Assembly: GCF_004010195.1 (NCBI RefSeq)
Contig: NC_057749.1
Location: 16,881,750 to 16,945,749, forward strand
Source: Chiloscyllium plagiosum
Taxonomy: Eukaryota
Reading direction: 5' to 3'
DNA: 64,000 bases
Shown piece after piece: positions 1 to 11,081 of the stretch. Made by a program: the position numbers and the translations under genes. The first letter of the stretch is position 1. Each line of letters starts with the position of its first letter. Under the pieces are notes generated by a model, which was given only the letters and a program-made list of their open reading frames with translations, was not told where the DNA came from and searched no databases.

Positions 1-68
1 ACCCCCTTCCCATTGATATAGACTGAACCCCCTTCACCCCCTCCCCATTGATATAGACTGAACCCCCT
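1..68. repeat. End of a tandem repeat (cccattgatatagactgaacccc) running off the left edge
   Basis: Two copies visible. Confidence 0.7.
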
Positions 69-430
69 GGAGCTGATTTTGCATCAGGAGCCACGTTCTA
101 GTTGCACAATTGTCTCACACCACCTCTAGCTGCTCCTGTGAGTTGATCGTCCACCTTCCCAATTCAGTCACTGACTCTCTTCTGCTGTAGGAGCACCTCA
201 AAAAGTGACTTTCAATCAAATGAGAACTTATTTTGAGGTTTAGAAGTTTTTGATTTACTTGTTTCTTCTCTTCTTGGTCTTTCAGTTGTGATGGGATTTA
301 GCTACCAATTTTTCTCTATCTCTTCGCTCACCACCCCAACACCACCATAAACCTCAAGTTCAACCAAAGGTCAGCTGCCTGTAGCCAAACTCACACTGAA
401 TCCTATTTGCTGAGTGACTGATGGTCATTG

Positions 431-1380
431 TGTTATGGACCAGCCCAGAGACCCCTCAGAATATTTTAAGGTAGCCGAGACCCTAACCTTTTCTTATTTT
501 ATAAGAAAAGTGAAGTGCTCTGTTCCAGATGTGATGTGACTGATCAAACTACTCGATGTGAAGCAAAACACAATTTATTTAAACACTCTAGCTAAAATAC
601 ACAAAAGAAAGAGGAATTTAGATTAGATTAGATTAGATTACTTACAGTGTGGAAACAGGCCCTTCGGCCCAACAAGTCCACACCACCCCGCCGAAGCGCA
701 ACCCACCCATACCCCTACATTTACCCCTTACCTAACACTACGGGCAATTTAGCATGGCCAATTCACCTGACCTGCACATCTTTGGACTGTGGGAGGAAAC
801 CGGAGCACCCGGAGGAAACCCACGCAGACACGGGGAGAACGTGCAAACTCCACACAGTCAGTCGCCTGAGGCGGGAATTGAACCCGGGTCTCTGGCGCTG
901 TGAGGCAGCAGTGCTAACCAGAATAACAATTATTGGAAAACTTAACCGAATAATAGATACGGTACTTTTTACTAATTAACTATTTATTCCAATATAGTAA
1001 CATCTCATAAACACACCCTTTGCAAAAAAAGTAAATTCAGATATAGATTCTCACATGCGGTTCTCCCATCCAGGAGGAAGAAACACCAAAAGAAAATTCA
1101 GAGACAATAGCAGCCAGGAGACATTCACTGAAACTTCCAACTCTGCTGAGACCCCAATAGCTTCTGATGCTACTGAGAAACCAAACCCAGAAATCCTAAT
1201 CTGAGTGAGCTGGCCACCCCCATTCAGGCTGCTTCCTTTGTTCCAACTTTTATAAAAACGTAAAGGCCTCACAAGTTGTTTACTTAAGTCATCTTCAAGT
1301 TGCCAATCCAGTGTCTCTGCCTTACACCCTCTTTTAAACAAAACAGGACAAAATAACCTTTTAAAGTGATAGTATTACCA
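431..1380 (-). mobile_element. Possible solo LTR-like element, interrupted by the SINE at 618-919 and embedded in an L2-like remnant
   Basis: Starts tgttatgg, ends ...ttacca; minus-strand AATAAA at ~574-579; downstream flank resembles an L2 3' end. No clear TSD. Confidence 0.35.
618..919 (-). mobile_element. HE1-like V-SINE (tRNA-derived, CR1-type tail)
   Basis: V-domain gtgtggagtttgcacgttctccccgtgtctgcgtgggtttcctccgggtgctccggtttcctccc; B-box ggttcaattcc; (taatc)n tail. Confidence 0.88.
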
Positions 1381-1949
1381 CCTTCCTGCAACATCTCAAT
1401 TTAACATCCTCAGTCTTGTCTTTCAAATCCCCATAGGGTCTCTCGTCTTCCCTACCTCTGTAACTGCCACTAGTTCTATAACTCTCTGAAACCTCTGCTC
1501 TGCTTTCACCCTGCACTTTGCACGCTCCTGATTTTAAAGGCTACACCATTGGTGACTGTGCCTTCAGACACCAAGGGAATTCCTCATCTAAACCTCCCAT
1601 CCTCTCTGAGTGTCTCCACCTTTTAGATACTCCTCAAAAGATCAATGTTGCTCCTTGGTGGTGCATTTACTATGTTCTTCTACATTCACTTGAAGCGGTC
1701 TTGGTGCGGGGGTGAAGTATTTACAGCTGAACCAATATATCTATATAATGCAGAGTAATAGCAGGAAAGGCCTGTGTCTCGAGTGCTACTATGCAATGAG
1801 CCTGTGACCCGTGGTGATGTGATAACATTCCAATTTATTTGGCTCATATGTCTGCGGGCCTCTCAAAGAGACATCACTCCAAAAGGACTCAAAACATTAC
1901 ATTTAAACATGCATCCTGCAGCAGAGCGTTGACTCCCTTCAGAAACCTA

Positions 1950-2156
1950 TGATGTGGAGGGGCTGGAGTTGGACTGGGGTGGACAAGTCAGAAGTCATAT
2001 GATACCAGGTTGGAGTCCAACAGGGTTATTTGAAATCACAAGCTTTCTGAACACTGCCCCTTTGTCAGGTGAAGTGCAGGGGCAGTGCTCCAAAAGCTTG
2101 TGATATCAAATAAACTTATTGGACTATAACCTGGTGTCACGTGACTTCTGACTTCA
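1950..2156. mobile_element. Penelope-derived fold-back element (family of 10729)
   Basis: Inverted arms aagtcagaagtca...aagcttt / aaagctt...tgacttctgactt; degenerate hammerhead halves at the centre. Confidence 0.6.
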
Positions 2157-2524
2157 GACATCTGGAATTCCCTCATAAATTCCTCAGATTTTGTTGACAA
2201 TTGCTCCAGGACAATATGCATTATTTTAAAGCATTAAGTATATGTTTCAGTGCTATGTGACTCTACATGGACAGGACCAGGCTTTGGGAGGGTCTGGGGA
2301 TGGGGCCCAGGCTGTGGCCTAGCTTTCTGTTCCGAAGGTAGGGAACCCAATTGTGATAAGCAAGTGCGATGCTGGCTTTGACCACCTGACTTTCAGATGT
2401 GTGCGTTATTTTCAATCTGGGGCTGAGATTCACACAGGATATGAAGCATTGTTCAGAGTGAATTAGTTTGTGGGCTCACTGGAGTTCAGAATTTGCAAAT
2501 GGCAACTAGGAGGCACCAGAAAGA

Positions 2525-2850
2525 GGGGTGGCTCAGTGCGTAGCACTGCTACCTCACATTGCAAGGACCTGAGTTCGATTCCAGCCTCGGGTGACTGTCT
2601 GTGTGGAGTTTGCACATTCTTCCTCTGTCTGCATGGGTTTTCTCCTCCCATAGTCCAAAGGTGCCTAGGTTAGGGTGGATTGGCCATGGGAAATTGCCCC
2701 ATAGTGTCCAGGGATGTGCGGGTGAGGTGGATTGGGCATAGGAAATGCAGGGTTATAGGGCTGGGTCTGGATGGGATGCTCTCTGGGGGGGGGGGTCAGC
2801 TTGGACTCGATGGGCCAAATGGCCCACTTCCACACTGTAGAGATTCTGTG
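2525..2850 (+). mobile_element. HE1-like V-SINE
   Basis: ggtggctcagtg A-box, gttcgattcc B-box, V-domain, tail ccacactgtagagattct. Confidence 0.82.
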
Positions 2851-3600
2851 AAACAGGTTAATAAACGCACTGACATGAACTGAATCCCTCCTCACAGTGA
2901 GGAACCATTTGGGGAAAAGAAAATCCACACTGCCGAGACAAATTATTTCATTTTGACTTCAAAAGGTTTTACTTTCAAAGCTAAAAGAAAGTTATAAAAT
3001 GAAACTTGAAATGATTGTTTTTAATGATCTGCCATTTGATGGGATGCCAAAGTCCAGATTAGTTACTCAGTGCATGTGACTGAGCCAGACAGATAGTTGG
3101 ACACAAGCATTTCAAACACAAATCCACAGAATTTCTGCAGAGATTCCCTCTGAAAACAATTGTAACGTTTACAGAATGAGGAGGCCATTCGACTCTTTGT
3201 GTCAGTGCAGGTTTGGTAAAGAGCTATCCATTAGACTCCACTCCCCTGCTTTCTAAAAGCAGCCCTATAATTAAACAAAACATTGATCCAAATCTCTTTC
3301 GAACGTTTCTTTCTGCCATAGCAGCATGTCCATCATTCCGTCAATAAACTCTCCGAAATGATTGAACTATTTCTTAGCTTCTAACTTGTTGATGTAACTT
3401 GCCTCCTCCCAGTTGAAGGGTCAGTGACAAATGACAGAGGACTGGGTTGCAGCAATGTCCCTGCATCTCAGCTCTCAGCTCTCCAATATCACCTCCTACT
3501 CCTTCCTCCTCCCTAGTTTGTTCAGCTTCTCTTTCAAAGTACATACACCATTTGCCACAGCAACTCCTGATGCGAGAGTTCCATATTCCACGTTCTCAGA

Positions 3601-4357
3601 TAGAGTCATAGAGATGTACAGCATGGAAACAGACCCTTCAGTCCAAATCGTCCATGCCGACCAGATATCCCAACCCAATCTAGCCCCACCTGTCAGCACC
3701 CAGTCCATATCCCTCCAAACCCTAGATGTATCTCATTGGCATACAGTCATACAGCACAGGAACTGATCCTTTGATCCAACCAGTCCATGCTAAACATAAT
3801 CCCAAACTAAACTAGTCCTCCCGCTGTCAACTCCTGGCCCATATTCCTCCAAACCTTTCCTATTCACGTATTTAACCAAATGTCTTTTAAATGTTGCAGT
3901 TGTGTCCACATTCCCCACTTCCCCAAGACGTTCATTCCACATATGACCCACCCACGAGTAAAAGATTTGCCCCTCGTGTATTTTTTACATCTCTCTCCTC
4001 TCACCTTAAAAATGTGCCCCCTAGTTTTAAAATCCCCCACCCTAGGGAAACGGCAACTACCATTAACCCTATCTATACTCCTTGTGATTTTATAAACACC
4101 TATGAAGGTCAACCTCCTACACTCAAGTGAAAAGAGTCCCAGCCTGTCCAGCCTTTCTTTATAACTCAAACCTTCCATCTTCTGAACTCTCTCCAGCTCA
4201 GTAATACCCTTCCTATAACAGGGCAACCAGAACTGGACACAGTATTCCAGAAGAGACCTCACCAAGGTCCTGCACAACCTCAACATTACTTCCCAACTTC
4301 TAAACTCAAAGGACTGAGCAATGAAGGCAAATGTGCTAAACGCCTCCTTAACCACCT
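3601..4357 (-). mobile_element. Two adjacent CR1 3' fragments
   Basis: ORF 3864..4394 RTLVRSLLEYCVQFW...LERVQK is CR1 ORF2 C-terminal; 3' tails at ~3601 and ~3740. Confidence 0.85.
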
Positions 4358-4439
4358 GGAAGCTTTTCCTGAATCCCTGAAGGAATCTGTACAAATCTAA
4401 TTTTTTGTAAGGAAGGAACTCACGGGGAGAGGGGTCAGT

Positions 4440-6245
4440 AAAAGGTCATTGTCCACATTGGAACCAATGACATAGGAAGGGAAGAGATTGAGATTCTGAA
4501 GGGAGATTACAGAGAATTAGGCAGAAATTTAAAAAGGAGGTCCTCGAGAGGAGTAATATCTGGATTACTCCCAGTGCGATGAGCTAGTGAGAGCAGGAAT
4601 AGGAGGATAGAGCAGATAAATGCATGGCTGTGGAGCTGGTGTATGGGAGAAGGATTCATATTTTTGGATCATTGGAATTTCTTTTGGGGTAGAAATGACC
4701 TGTACAAGAAGGACGGGTTGCCCCTAAATTGGAAGGGGACTAATATACTGGCAGGGAAATTTGCTAGAGTTGCTCGGGAGGATTTAAACTAGTAAGATGG
4801 TGGGGGTGAGACCCAGGGAGATAGTGAGGAAAGAGGTCAATCTGAGACTGGTACAGTTGAGAACAGAAGTGAGTCAGACAGTCAGGGCAGGCAGGGACAA
4901 GGTAGGACTAATAAATTAAACAGCATTTATTTCAATGCAAGGGGCCTAACAGAGAAGGCAGATGAACTCAGGGCATGGTTAGGAACATGGGACTGGGATA
5001 TCATAGCAGTTACAGAAATGTGGCTCAGGGATGGGCAGGACTGGCAGCTTAATGTTCCTGGATACAAATGCTACAGGAAGGACAGAAAGGGAGGCAAGAG
5101 AGGAGGGGGAGTGCCTCTTTTGATAAGGGATAGCATTACAGCTGTGCTGAGGGAGGCTATTCCTGGAAATACAACCAGTGAAGTGATTTGGGTGGAACTG
5201 AGAAATAAGAAAGGGATGATCACCTTATTGGGATTGTATTATAGACCCCCTAATAGTCAGAAGGAAATTGAGAAACAAACTTGTAAGGAGATCTCAACTG
5301 TCTGAAAGAATAATAGTGTGGTTATGGTAGGGGATTTTAACTTTCCAAACATAGACTGGGACTGCCATAGTGTTAAGGGTTTGATGGAGAGGAATTTGTT
5401 AAGTGTGTACAAGAAAATTTTCTGATTCAGTATGTGGATGTACCTACTACAGAAGATGCAAAACGTGACCTACTCTTGGGAAATAAGACAGGACAGATGA
5501 CTGAGGTGTCAGTGGGGGAGCACTTTGGGGCCAGCGACCATAATTCTATTAGATTTAAAATAGTGATGGAAAAGGATAGAGCAGATCTAAAAGTTGAAAT
5601 TGTAAATTGGAAGAAGGCCAATTTTGATGATATTAGGCAAGAACTTTCGAAAGCTGATTGGAGGCAGATGTTTGCAGGTAAACGGACGGCTGGAAAATGG
5701 GAAGCCTTCAGAAATGAGATAACGAGAATCCAGAGAAAGTATATTCCTGTCAGGGTGAAAGGAAAGGCTGGTAGTTATAAGGAATGCTGGATGACTAAAA
5801 AAATTGAGGGTTTGGTTAAGAAAAAGAAGGAAGCATATGTAAGGTATAGACAGGATAGATTGAGTGAATCCTTAGAAGAGTATAAAGGCAGTAGGAGTAT
5901 ACTTAAGAGGGAAATCAGATGGGCAAAAAGGGGACATGGTCGGGGAGTCCAGAACTAGAGGGCATAGGTTTAGGGTGAGAGGGGAAAGATACAAAAGAGA
6001 CCTACGAGACAACTTTTCACACAGAGGGTGGTACGTGTATGGAATGAGCTGCAGAGGAAGTGGTGGAGGCTGGTACAATTGCGACATTTAAAAGGCATTT
6101 GGATAGGTATATGAATAGGAAGGGTTTGTAGGGATATGGACCGGGTGCTGGCAGGTGGGACTGGATTAGGTTGGAATATTTGGTTGGCATGGACGGGTTG
6201 GACCGAAGGGTCTGTTTCCATGCTGTACATCTCTATGACTCTATA
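4440..6245 (+). mobile_element. CR1-clade LINE, internally deleted: ORF1 esterase remnant, ORF2 AP endonuclease, 3' end
   Basis: ORF1 FLDHWNFFWGRNDLYKKDGLPLNWKGTNILAGKF (SGNH-like); ORF2 YFNARGL...DIIAVTEMWL...GDFNFPNIDW...DLLLGN...SDHNSIRF with a stop and a frameshift. Jumps at ~5937 to the 3' end; (ctctatga)n tail. Confidence 0.9.
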
Positions 6246-6849
6246 ACTAGTTATTGAGAACTGTCAGTTATTACAATGGGATAATGATCTGCAGGGCATG
6301 CAGCTTTGCAGAGGATAGACCGCGATACTGGGGAAATTCAGCTCCCTCTGTAAACACTGAGCGCTCCTCAGCTTATCATGGGATAAGGGAGCCTGGAAGA
6401 TGAAATAACTCTCACTTCATCACTGCAATGCCCACTGTGATGAACTATTTATTGATAGATAATATTCTACCACACTAGTGCGTGAGGAAGACCAGAATTA
6501 ACTCTGTGAGTTCCAAATTGTCAGTGTCTTTGAAATTCTAAAGTTTCCTGATATATGAGATTTATAACTCTGGATACGAGAATGAGTTTCTTGTCCAGCA
6601 GTTGAAGAATCTCTCCTCAGTGATCTTCATTATAAACATCAGTGCTGACAGTTTCACCTCGGAAACACTGCCCTGTATTCTGAATTAGCTTGAGGCGATT
6701 CACACAATGCCCCAATGCCACCTTACACCTTCCTTCCAAGATACAATCGAGACCAGATACTCCATTGCCAATTCCACCTCACGCTTCTCCTGAATCTCAA
6801 ATCCTCCAGTCATGTCCTTTTACTAAATAGTTCCACACTCTCACTGCTC

Positions 6850-7272
6850 CCTCTGCCCAACAGACTGGCGCTCCCTCAGAACTGACCCTCCGACAGTTCG
6901 GCACTCCCTCAGCACTGACCGTCTGACAGTTCGGCACTCCCTCAGCACTGACCCTCCGACAGTGCGGCACTCCCTCAGCAATGACCCTCTGACGTGTGGC
7001 ACTCCCTCAGCACCAACCCTTCGACAGTGCGGCACTCCCTCAGTACTGTGCCTCCGATAGTCTGGCCCTCTCTCAGCACCAATCCTCCAACAGTGCGGCA
7101 CTCCCTCAGCACCAACCCTTCGACAGTGCGGCACTCCCTCAGCACAGACCCTCTGTCAGTGTGGCGCTCCCTCAGCGCTGACCTTCCAACAGTGTGGTGC
7201 TCCCTCAGCACCGGCCCTCTGACAGTGCGGTGCTCCCTCAGCACCGAAACTCTGACATTGTGGCACTCCCTC
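6850..7272. repeat. 33-bp minisatellite (ctccctcagcactgaccctccgacagtgcggca)n, ~12-13 units
   Basis: Direct tandem repeat; source of the periodic ORFs in both strands. Confidence 0.95.
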
Positions 7273-8102
7273 ATGTTATGTTATTTTATGGATTGATTTT
7301 CAACAGCGTCTTACAAGACTTATACTCCTTGTGTAACAACAAACATATATTTCATTTATATATTGCTTTTTGACATAGCAGGAAGTCCTAAGGTGTTTTA
7401 CAGAAAGTGTTATAAGGCAAAATCAGACAGAAACCAAAGAGATGTTAGAGATGGGGTGGATAAGGGAAGAGATAAGGGATGACATAGTCCCAATGGGGCA
7501 AGATTAAAATTAAGGATATGCCAAGGTCAGAGTTGAAGGATTGCAGAGATCCGAAATTGTTGAGAGGAGCGAGGCCAGGAGGGGAGAACAAGGATCAGAA
7601 TTTCATATTTGTGGCTTTCCAGGTCTGGAAGCCAAAGATATCCACAGCTACGTTCATTCCTTTATCAGACATCACAAAGTTAACAGGAGAACATCATGTT
7701 TCACATAATCCTTAGCAGAGGAGTTGCCAAAAACAACTCATGATTCTTACAATTATATTTTTCATTAAATGTTTCTTTTTCTGTGGGGCCTGGGATTAAG
7801 GGGGTGGATTTTCCATCCAGTCTCCTTCATAAATGGATCAGCCTACAGGGAGATGGAAATCCATTGCCAAACTCTGTGGCAATGCAGTGGCTAAAGGTGA
7901 CAATTATCAGAGTTCCTGGAGGGAGAATGGATTGAAGGGGAAAGTGAGAAGCTCACTATAAAGAAAACATGCAATTTTCTCGAGCTTTTAAAATGGTACC
8001 AGTCTGAGGCTGCTGTCATAATTAAACTGTAAACAAACAATAAGTGGCTATAGTCCTATCAGTTCACATGGCTATGCTCTCATTAGAGAGAGAGACAGAG
8101 TT

Positions 8103-9021
8103 GCACTCCGTCAGCTCTGACCCTCCGACAATGTGGCTCTCCCTCAGCACTGATCCTCCCACAGTGCAGCGCTCCCTCAGCACTGACCCTCCGACAGTAC
8201 GTTGCTCCCGCAGCACTGACCCTCCGACAGTGCAGCACTCCCTCAGCACTGACTCTCTGACAGTTCAGCACTGATCTTCATACAGTGCGGTGCTCCCTCA
8301 GCACTGACCCTCCGACAGTGCATACTCCCTCAGCACTGACCCTCCGACAGTGTGGCGCTCCCTCAGCACTGACTCTGACAGTTCAGCACGGAGCTTCATA
8401 CAGTATGGCGCTCTCTCAGCACTGACCCTCTGATAGTGCAGCACTCCCTCAGCACTGACCCTCCAACAGTGCGTGCTCCCTCAGCACTGACTCTCCGACA
8501 GTGAGGCGCTCCCCCAGCACTGACTCTCTGACAGTTCAGCACTGATCTTCATACAGTGTGGTGCTCCCTCAGCACTGACCTTCATACAGTGTGGTGCTCC
8601 CTCAGCACTGACCCTCTGATAGTGCAGCGCTCCCTCATCATTGATCTTCCAACAATGCGCGCTCCCTCAGCACTGACCCTCCGATAGTGCAGCACTCCCT
8701 CAGCACTGACCCTCCAACAGTGCGGCACTCCCTCAGCACTGACCCTCCGACAGTGAGGCGCTCCCCCAGCACTGACTCTCTGACAGTTCAGCACTGAGCT
8801 TCATACAGTACGGCGCTCCCTCAGCATTGATCTTCCAACAGTGCGCGCTCCCTCAGCACTGACAATCCGACAGTGTGGCGTTCTCTCAGCACTGACTCTC
8901 TGATAGTGCGGCATTCCCTCAGCACTGACTCTGCCGACAGTGCGGCAGACCCTCAGCACTGACCCTCTGACAATGTGACACTCACTCAGCACTGACCCTC
9001 TGACAATGCAGCGCTTCCTCA
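8103..9021. repeat. 33-bp minisatellite of the same family, with shortened variant units
   Basis: Direct tandem repeat with recurring gactctctgacagttcagcactgatcttcatacag variants. Confidence 0.95.
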
Positions 9022-9852
9022 CGTGAGGGGAAACATTGAGGAGAATTTCCAATGATAACCTCAGCCAGTATGGGATTAACATGTACAAAACAAGCCACAG
9101 GTTCCATATAAACCTTTCTATCAACTGCTGTTGAGAAGCTGCAATTCTGACAAACACACCGCACAAAGTGAATGCAGTGCCTACTCCTCCTTAGCACTTA
9201 CTGCCATCTGGTGTCAGTCTCTGAAACAATCCAGGGGACTCAGGCCAGTATATTGCAAACATTCATCTCCCAAGAGACTCTGGATTTCAAACGTTGACTC
9301 TCTGCTCACAGAAGCTGCCAGACCTGCTAAACTTCTCTAGCCTCCTCTTTTTTTGTTGGAAAGGGTCTCTCAAAGTCAAGCCACTGGAAAATGTCAGGAT
9401 CCGTTTTCCCATCATACTATCTTCCCTCGCCCCTCCAAGCCCAAAGGCTCACAGTTACAATCTCAGAGGAATTACCATCAACAAACATCCTTAATGTCAT
9501 CAGATGTCCCAAAGAACCTAACAGGAACGATCTGGGACACGATGTTTTATACCAAATCACAGTTAATTAAAAAAAAAAGTTCTTTCATGGGACGTGGTGT
9601 CATTAGCAAGGTTGGTATCAGCTGCCCATTCCTAAATGCACTTGGGAAGACGGTGATGAGCAACAATTATTGGCCTAGCCAGCAGCATCCATATCTGACA
9701 AAATCAATTTAAAATATCATGGTTTGTTATTAGGAAAAGCTCAAGACACCTTCCCTAATAAACAGCTCCAAATTAATCTCGATCCCCATTCCTTGGTATT
9801 TCAAGTGAGAAAAAGCTATAAACATATTTTGTGTAGATTTGCTTTGATATAT

Positions 9853-9858
9853 TTTATT
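9853..9858 (-). promoter_or_regulatory. Candidate distal polyadenylation signal AATAAA
   Basis: tttatt on + strand at the end of the repeat-poor, AT-rich region downstream of CRTC3. Confidence 0.45.
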
Positions 9859-10728
9859 TGAAAGACAGGATGCAAAATGACATTTTACAAAAAGTAACAC
9901 TAGCTCACAGATAAGTCCTATTTAAATATTACTGTACACTTCACAATAACTGAATTCAAAATGTCAAAGGATAGGTCACAAGAACCAGATACATAATGGT
10001 AAATATTTAATAAAATTAGTTTTTAAAAAATGGACAAGCTGCTGTCACAAAAATGGCTAACATGGACATATTGTTCAAGAGGTCAGAATAAATTAAAAAG
10101 GATTTACAATAAATGGACATTGATAAAATTCAATGATGATAAAAGAAGTCAGAAGGGCAAAGAGAGCTTAATACTGAGCTCAATCCAGCTGTAACGTAGC
10201 AACCCAAGAAATGGGCTATTGTAGGTACTATGCTGCATATTCTTCAAGCCAACCTCGGTTATTATCACTCCATTTTTCCTAAGGTGCAGACTTTTACTGT
10301 ATAATTATACTGCTAACACGTCAACCAGAATGTGAAACAGATCAGCTTTTTGCAAGTTAGGAAGCCAAGACTACACCAAGTCTGCACATAGACACACACA
10401 CACACTGACACAATGAATAGTGATCATGAGTTAAGAATGCAGACTGAAGCCAATTCAAATCTGATGGACACCAGAGCAGTGTGAGAGCCCGCAACAGGAG
10501 GTTCATTTCTAATCAATTACTGATGGATTTTGTTCCCAGATGGTGGGAGGTCAGCCTATTGTGGGGGAACAATTTTAACCTGTACCATCCTTGGAGAAAT
10601 TTGGGGTAGTATGCAACATTGGTTTGACAACCTACCCAATTACACTCCCCATTCAGAGAACGCAGTCAGGTGGGGCATCACTCCAGTCATCCATCAGGTC
10701 AGGTAGATTAAAATCATGATCGTCATGA

Positions 10729-10930
10729 TTTGGAGATGTAGGTATTGGACTGTGGTGTACAAAATTAAAAATCACACAACACCAAGTTATAGTCCCACAG
10801 ATTTATTTGGAAGCACTAGCTGTTGGAGTGTTGTTCCTTCTGATGAACCACCTGATGAAGGAGCGGCGCTCCAAAAGCTAGTGCTTCCAATTAAACCTGT
10901 TGGATTATAGCCTGGTGTTGTGTGATTTTT
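10729..10930. mobile_element. Penelope-derived fold-back element in the putative 3' UTR
   Basis: ~73-bp inverted arms 10768-10840 and 10857-10929; hammerhead motif in the right arm. Confidence 0.7.
10849..10883 (+). ncRNA. Hammerhead motif with one core mutation (GAAA to AAAA)
   Basis: CAC CUGAUGA A GGAGC-GGC-GCUCC AAA AGCU A^ GUG: stem I CAC/GUG, palindromic AGCU. Confidence 0.55.
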
Positions 10931-11075
10931 ATCTTAAACACTTCATGATTTTAGTTAAGTCATATTTCAGAGAATGAAACAGTGCACTGGGATCTGCTCT
11001 AGTCTGGTCAGACAAGGCTTTCCTTAGTCCCAAAGCATTGTGAACAGAGACAGATGAAAGATAAGGCTTGGGAAT

Positions 11076-11081
11076 TTTATT
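11076..11081 (-). promoter_or_regulatory. Candidate proximal polyadenylation signal AATAAA
   Basis: tttatt on + strand ~2.85 kb past the stop codon. Confidence 0.4.

Noticed and set aside
647..979. 110-aa ORF, and similar ORFs with [17 protein letters not shown]
   Set aside because: Antisense translation of the V-SINE; recurs in every copy.
6841..9197. Repetitive ORFs and a CRISPR-like periodic appearance
   Set aside because: Head-to-tail minisatellite with no unique spacers, no cas genes, eukaryotic context.
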